Assembly: GCA_963842945.1 (NCBI GenBank)
Contig: CAWJIM010000020.1
Coordinates: forward strand, 117,711 to 181,710
Direction of reading: 5' to 3'
DNA: 64,000 nucleotides
Origin: an uncultured Gemmatimonadales bacterium
Lineage (GTDB): Bacteria > Gemmatimonadota > Gemmatimonadetes > Gemmatimonadales > GWC2-71-9
The notes under the pieces are model-generated. The model was not told the DNA's origin, made no database searches, and saw only the letters and a list, made by a program, of their open reading frames with translations. The position numbers and the translations under genes were made by a program. Shown here piece after piece: positions 60,546 to 64,000 of the stretch; positions within the stretch are counted from its first letter, which is position 1, and the number at the start of each line of letters is the position of its first letter.

Positions 60546-61900
60546 CAGGATGCCGCGTCTTGCTCGAGGTCTCGGATCAGCCCACGCATCCGTGCCAGGG
60601 TCCGCCAGTACACGTCTTCCATGAGGATGTGGGAGAATTCTCCATTCCGACCGATACTGTATAACCCCTGGATCCCGGTGACTGCTGCAGGCGTACACGA
60701 TCCGGCTCATACTCGTTGAGATAAACCGGGTAAGCTATGGGCGTGCGGAGCACCTGTGCTTCCAGAAACCTCTCGCGGACGTCCCGAACGATTCGGGGTC
60801 AAGTGGTCGAGCACAGCTCTATCAGGCGTTCGTCGGTGGATGACCAAACGGCATCGTTGAGATCACAGCCCAGATCCACCGTCAGGACGGTCTTTCCAGC
60901 CGGGGCAAGCCAGGGCATAGATTGGGTGTCTGGTACCCGGAAAAACGGAGAACGCTCCCTGGGTATCGAAAGCACCGTGTCGGGAAGCAGGTCGCGGCCC
61001 CGCAGGCGACAGATTGACGAATACCATTGACGGAAGCGGAAGCGCGCCAAGGTGTTGCAGCGCAGTGGTACCGATCACCAGACGGGAAGCACATGAAGGG
61101 CGCTGTGCTTGACCACTGCCCGGACATCCTGATCCTGTCGCGGACGCGAACTGCGGCAACTCTTCCTTCATCCAGCACGATGGCCTCGACCGGCGATTCC
61201 AGCTGAATTGAATCCTGGAGGTCATCGGCGGGCCCGCTGCACCAGCGTGCTCACCCCGCCCTCCGGATAGACATGCCAGACGGATGGACTCTCCGGGCAT
61301 TTCATGGCTGTAGCGGTTGGAACGGCGCGACGGGTGACCACACTGGCCGCCTTCAGATACAAAGTCTGGAGACCGGCTATCGCGCAGCTTCTCTGTAGCC
61401 ACAGTCGGCGCCAGCAGTTCGGCGCTCGCTCCAGACCATGCCTCTACCAAAGGAATTGCGACTGCTTCGGCCAATGCAGCTCCATAGGCCGCTCGGAACC
61501 ACTCCGCCACCGACCGGGGACCTCCGTTCGAACCCCGCTTGGTCATCCGAGCAGCAATACCGCCCTTCAGAAACCGCGGATTGGCCAAAAGACCGAAAGG
61601 ATAGCTGAAGAACTTTCCCCCAGCAGTACCGCTTCACCGTAGTGGCGCACGGGACGGCAGCGTTCGCCAACTCCAATGGCCGAAGCGAGGCGGTTGGTCA
61701 CGAAATGGGCGCCAAAATCATTGGTGAACCCATCTCAATCCTGCAAAGCCTTAGCCGGTCCAGCCATTTGCCGGCCTGCCTCTTATAGTCGAACCGGCAT
61801 ACCCTGGCTGGCGGAGCGCGTAGGCAGCTGTCACGCCGGCGAGTCCCGCTCCGACCATACTGACCGGCCTGGGATCGGATAGCTCAGGAGAGCGCCCGCT
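60545..61900 (-). CDS. FAD-dependent oxidoreductase (HemY/amine-oxidase-like), heavily frameshifted
   Basis: 'VGAGLAG.TAAYAL', 'DFGAHFVTNRL', 'PWLAPAGKTVLTVD'. Confidence 0.7.
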
Positions 61901-61919
61901 CACCGGCAGACCTAGACCA

Positions 61920-63852
61920 CTACTGAAGTGGGGATGGAGCCTGGGCCTTTTCAGGAACCAGCCGCGGCCGGGCACCGTCGATGAACTCCCGGAGCCACAG
62001 CTCCAGGTTCAGCAATCCCCATAGCCGGCGACCGAAGGCGCCTCGTTCCGCATGAGCTGCGTGACCGACCGGGTTAAGAGCCCGCGCGTTCGCGCAGCGG
62101 CGACAGCAGTACGTCGTGGAAGAAGTCGCGCGCCGGGCCCTGGGCCCACAGGTGCAGCGGCACCGGGAAACCCATCTTGTCCTTCCGATGCGGATGCGCG
62201 CGGCACGAGATCCTGCGTGGCCTTCTTGAGGATGTACTTCATCTCCCCGCCCTTGAACTTCATCGCCGGCGGCATGCTGGTCACCAGGTCGGCGAGCCGG
62301 TGATCCAGCAGCGGCACCCGGGATTCCAGCGACACGGCCATGCTCACCCGGTCCTCCACCTGCAGCAGCGCCGGCAGGCCGCCACCATGTCGAAGTGGGT
62401 CATCTTGTTGTAGTACGACGGCGTGTCCGGGTGGTTGAAGACGCGTCTGGAACCGGGCGAAGAGCGCTTCCGGCTGATAGCTCGCCCGGAAATCGTCGCT
62501 GAAGAGGCCCAGCGCGCCGCCACTCCGGTCGATCAGGCGGAAGTATCGCCGGTCCATCGGCTGGAAAGCTCGTCGCTCCAGAACTGCTGGAGCATCGGGA
62601 CATACTGGTGCAGGCTGGGCAGATGGGGCACGATGGAGCGGAGCGAGACGATGTGCTCCCCTCCTCGTTGGTCTCGAAGATCGCGCCCTTCAGCGCCTGC
62701 TCGAGGTACGCCACGAGATAGCGCGCGTATCCGCCGAAGATCTCGTCGCCGCCCTGGCCGCCCAGGCACACCTTGACCTGCTTCGGCCGCCATGCGCGAC
62801 ACGATATACTGCGGAAGCAGGCCCGGGCCCGCCGCCGGCTCGTCCATGTGGTAGACCAGCTTCGGCAGGAGCTCCACGAAGTCTGTCCGGCGGTGGAAGC
62901 ATCTCGTGCGACTCCGTCGCCGCAGAGTGCCGGCGACCTCACGAGCGTAGGCGAGTCTCGTCGAACTCCGGCCCTTCCTGGAACGCCCCGGTAAAGGTCT
63001 GCAGCCGCGCCGCTCGACGTGCGCCGCGGCCAGCAGCGTCACGATGCTGGAGTCCAGGCCGCCGCTCAGGTAGCGCCCCGACCGGCACGTCGCTGCGCAT
63101 CTGCAGCCGTACCGCGTCCTCCAGCAGCCGGCGTAGCTCCTGCGACGAAGTACTCCTCGGTGTGATGCGGATCGACGTCGAAACGCCGGCTCCCAGAACT
63201 GCCGGTCCTGACTGTCGCCGGATGCCAGTCGAGACCTGGTAGTGCCGGGCAGCAGCTTCCGCATGCCCTGGAACAGGGTCGCGTCGCCCAGGACGAACTG
63301 GAAGGTCAGGTAGTCGCGCAGCGCGTCGTGATCGACCTCGGCTCGCACTGCGGGTGCCGGAGCAGGGCCTTGATCTCGGAGGCGAAGAGCAGCTGTGCAG
63401 CGATCCGCATAGTAGTAGAGCGGCTTGATGCCGAAGTGATCGCGCGCCGCCATCAGCTGTCGGCGCCGCCGGTCGTAGAGCAGGAAGGCAAACATGCCAT
63501 TCAGCGCGCGCACGAACTCCGGCACCGTACTCGAGGTACATCCGGAGCAGGACTTCAGTATCCGAGCTGGTTCTGAAAGGAGTGTCCTCGCCGGATCAGC
63601 TCAGTCCCGCAGCTCGACGTAATTGTAGATCTCGCCGTTGAAGACCACCGTCACGCCGTCGCTCGTCATCGGCTGCTGCCCGGAGGTCAGGTCGATGATG
63701 GCGAGCCGCTTGTGATAGAAGCCGACGGAGCCGTCGACGAAGCTTCCTTCGCCATCCGGGCCCCGGTGCTCCAGCACGCGACCCATGGACGCCAGCACCG
63801 GCAGCTGAACCGGGTGCGGTTCCAGATGGAGGATGCCTACGAAGCCGCACAT
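61920..63852 (-). CDS. asnB: Asparagine synthase (glutamine-hydrolysing) family amidotransferase (frameshifted)
   Basis: 'MCGFVG', 'HRGPDGEG', 'FNGEIYNY', 'LSGGLDSS', 'GQGGDE', 'DRVSMAVSLESRVPLLDH'. Confidence 0.93.
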
Positions 63853-64000
63853 TGGCTGTCGCTGTCCAGGATACCAGTTGGCAGCTTCTCATTACGTGGG
63901 TAGCGCACGGGGAGTGGAGCCTTATCGAGCAGCGCTCGAGCGTGGGCGGCCATCGGTACGAGTGAAAAGCGCCGATTATACGCCTGGACCACTCGGAGGA

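Overview
A GC-rich bacterial window devoted almost entirely to cell-surface biogenesis. The gene style (MTYTFKISRRLAR-type signal peptides, MKxDLRNL pilin-like domains, tad gene order) suggests Gemmatimonadota; this is inference. Single-base indels split many genes, most likely uncorrected long-read errors, so many gene ends are approximate. Layout: (i) 1-14.0 kb, minus strand: a Tad/Flp pilus operon (flp-cpaA-tadE-cpaB-cpaC-tadG-cpaE-cpaF-tadB-tadC) that continues into DUF192, an AAA+ ATPase, a membrane-anchored hypothetical protein, a GT-C-like membrane protein and a nucleotidyltransferase. (ii) 14.4-24.5 kb: a second GT-C-like protein, methyltransferase, sulfatase-like protein, polyprenol-P glycosyltransferase, MFS/spermidine-synthase fusion, a c-di-GMP-I riboswitch before a 67-aa ORF, and a lipoprotein with two pilin-head-like domains. 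(iii) 24.8-64 kb: a mosaic Wzx/Wzy polysaccharide locus (wza, priming GT, wzc, wzx, wzy, many GTs and methyltransferases, gmd, GME-like epimerase, sugar dehydrogenase, asnB) with decayed gene remnants and two tandem Ig-like/beta-helix lipoprotein paralogues sharing a near-identical 1.1 kb block and a conserved leader. I saw no rRNA, tRNA, CRISPR array or transposase.
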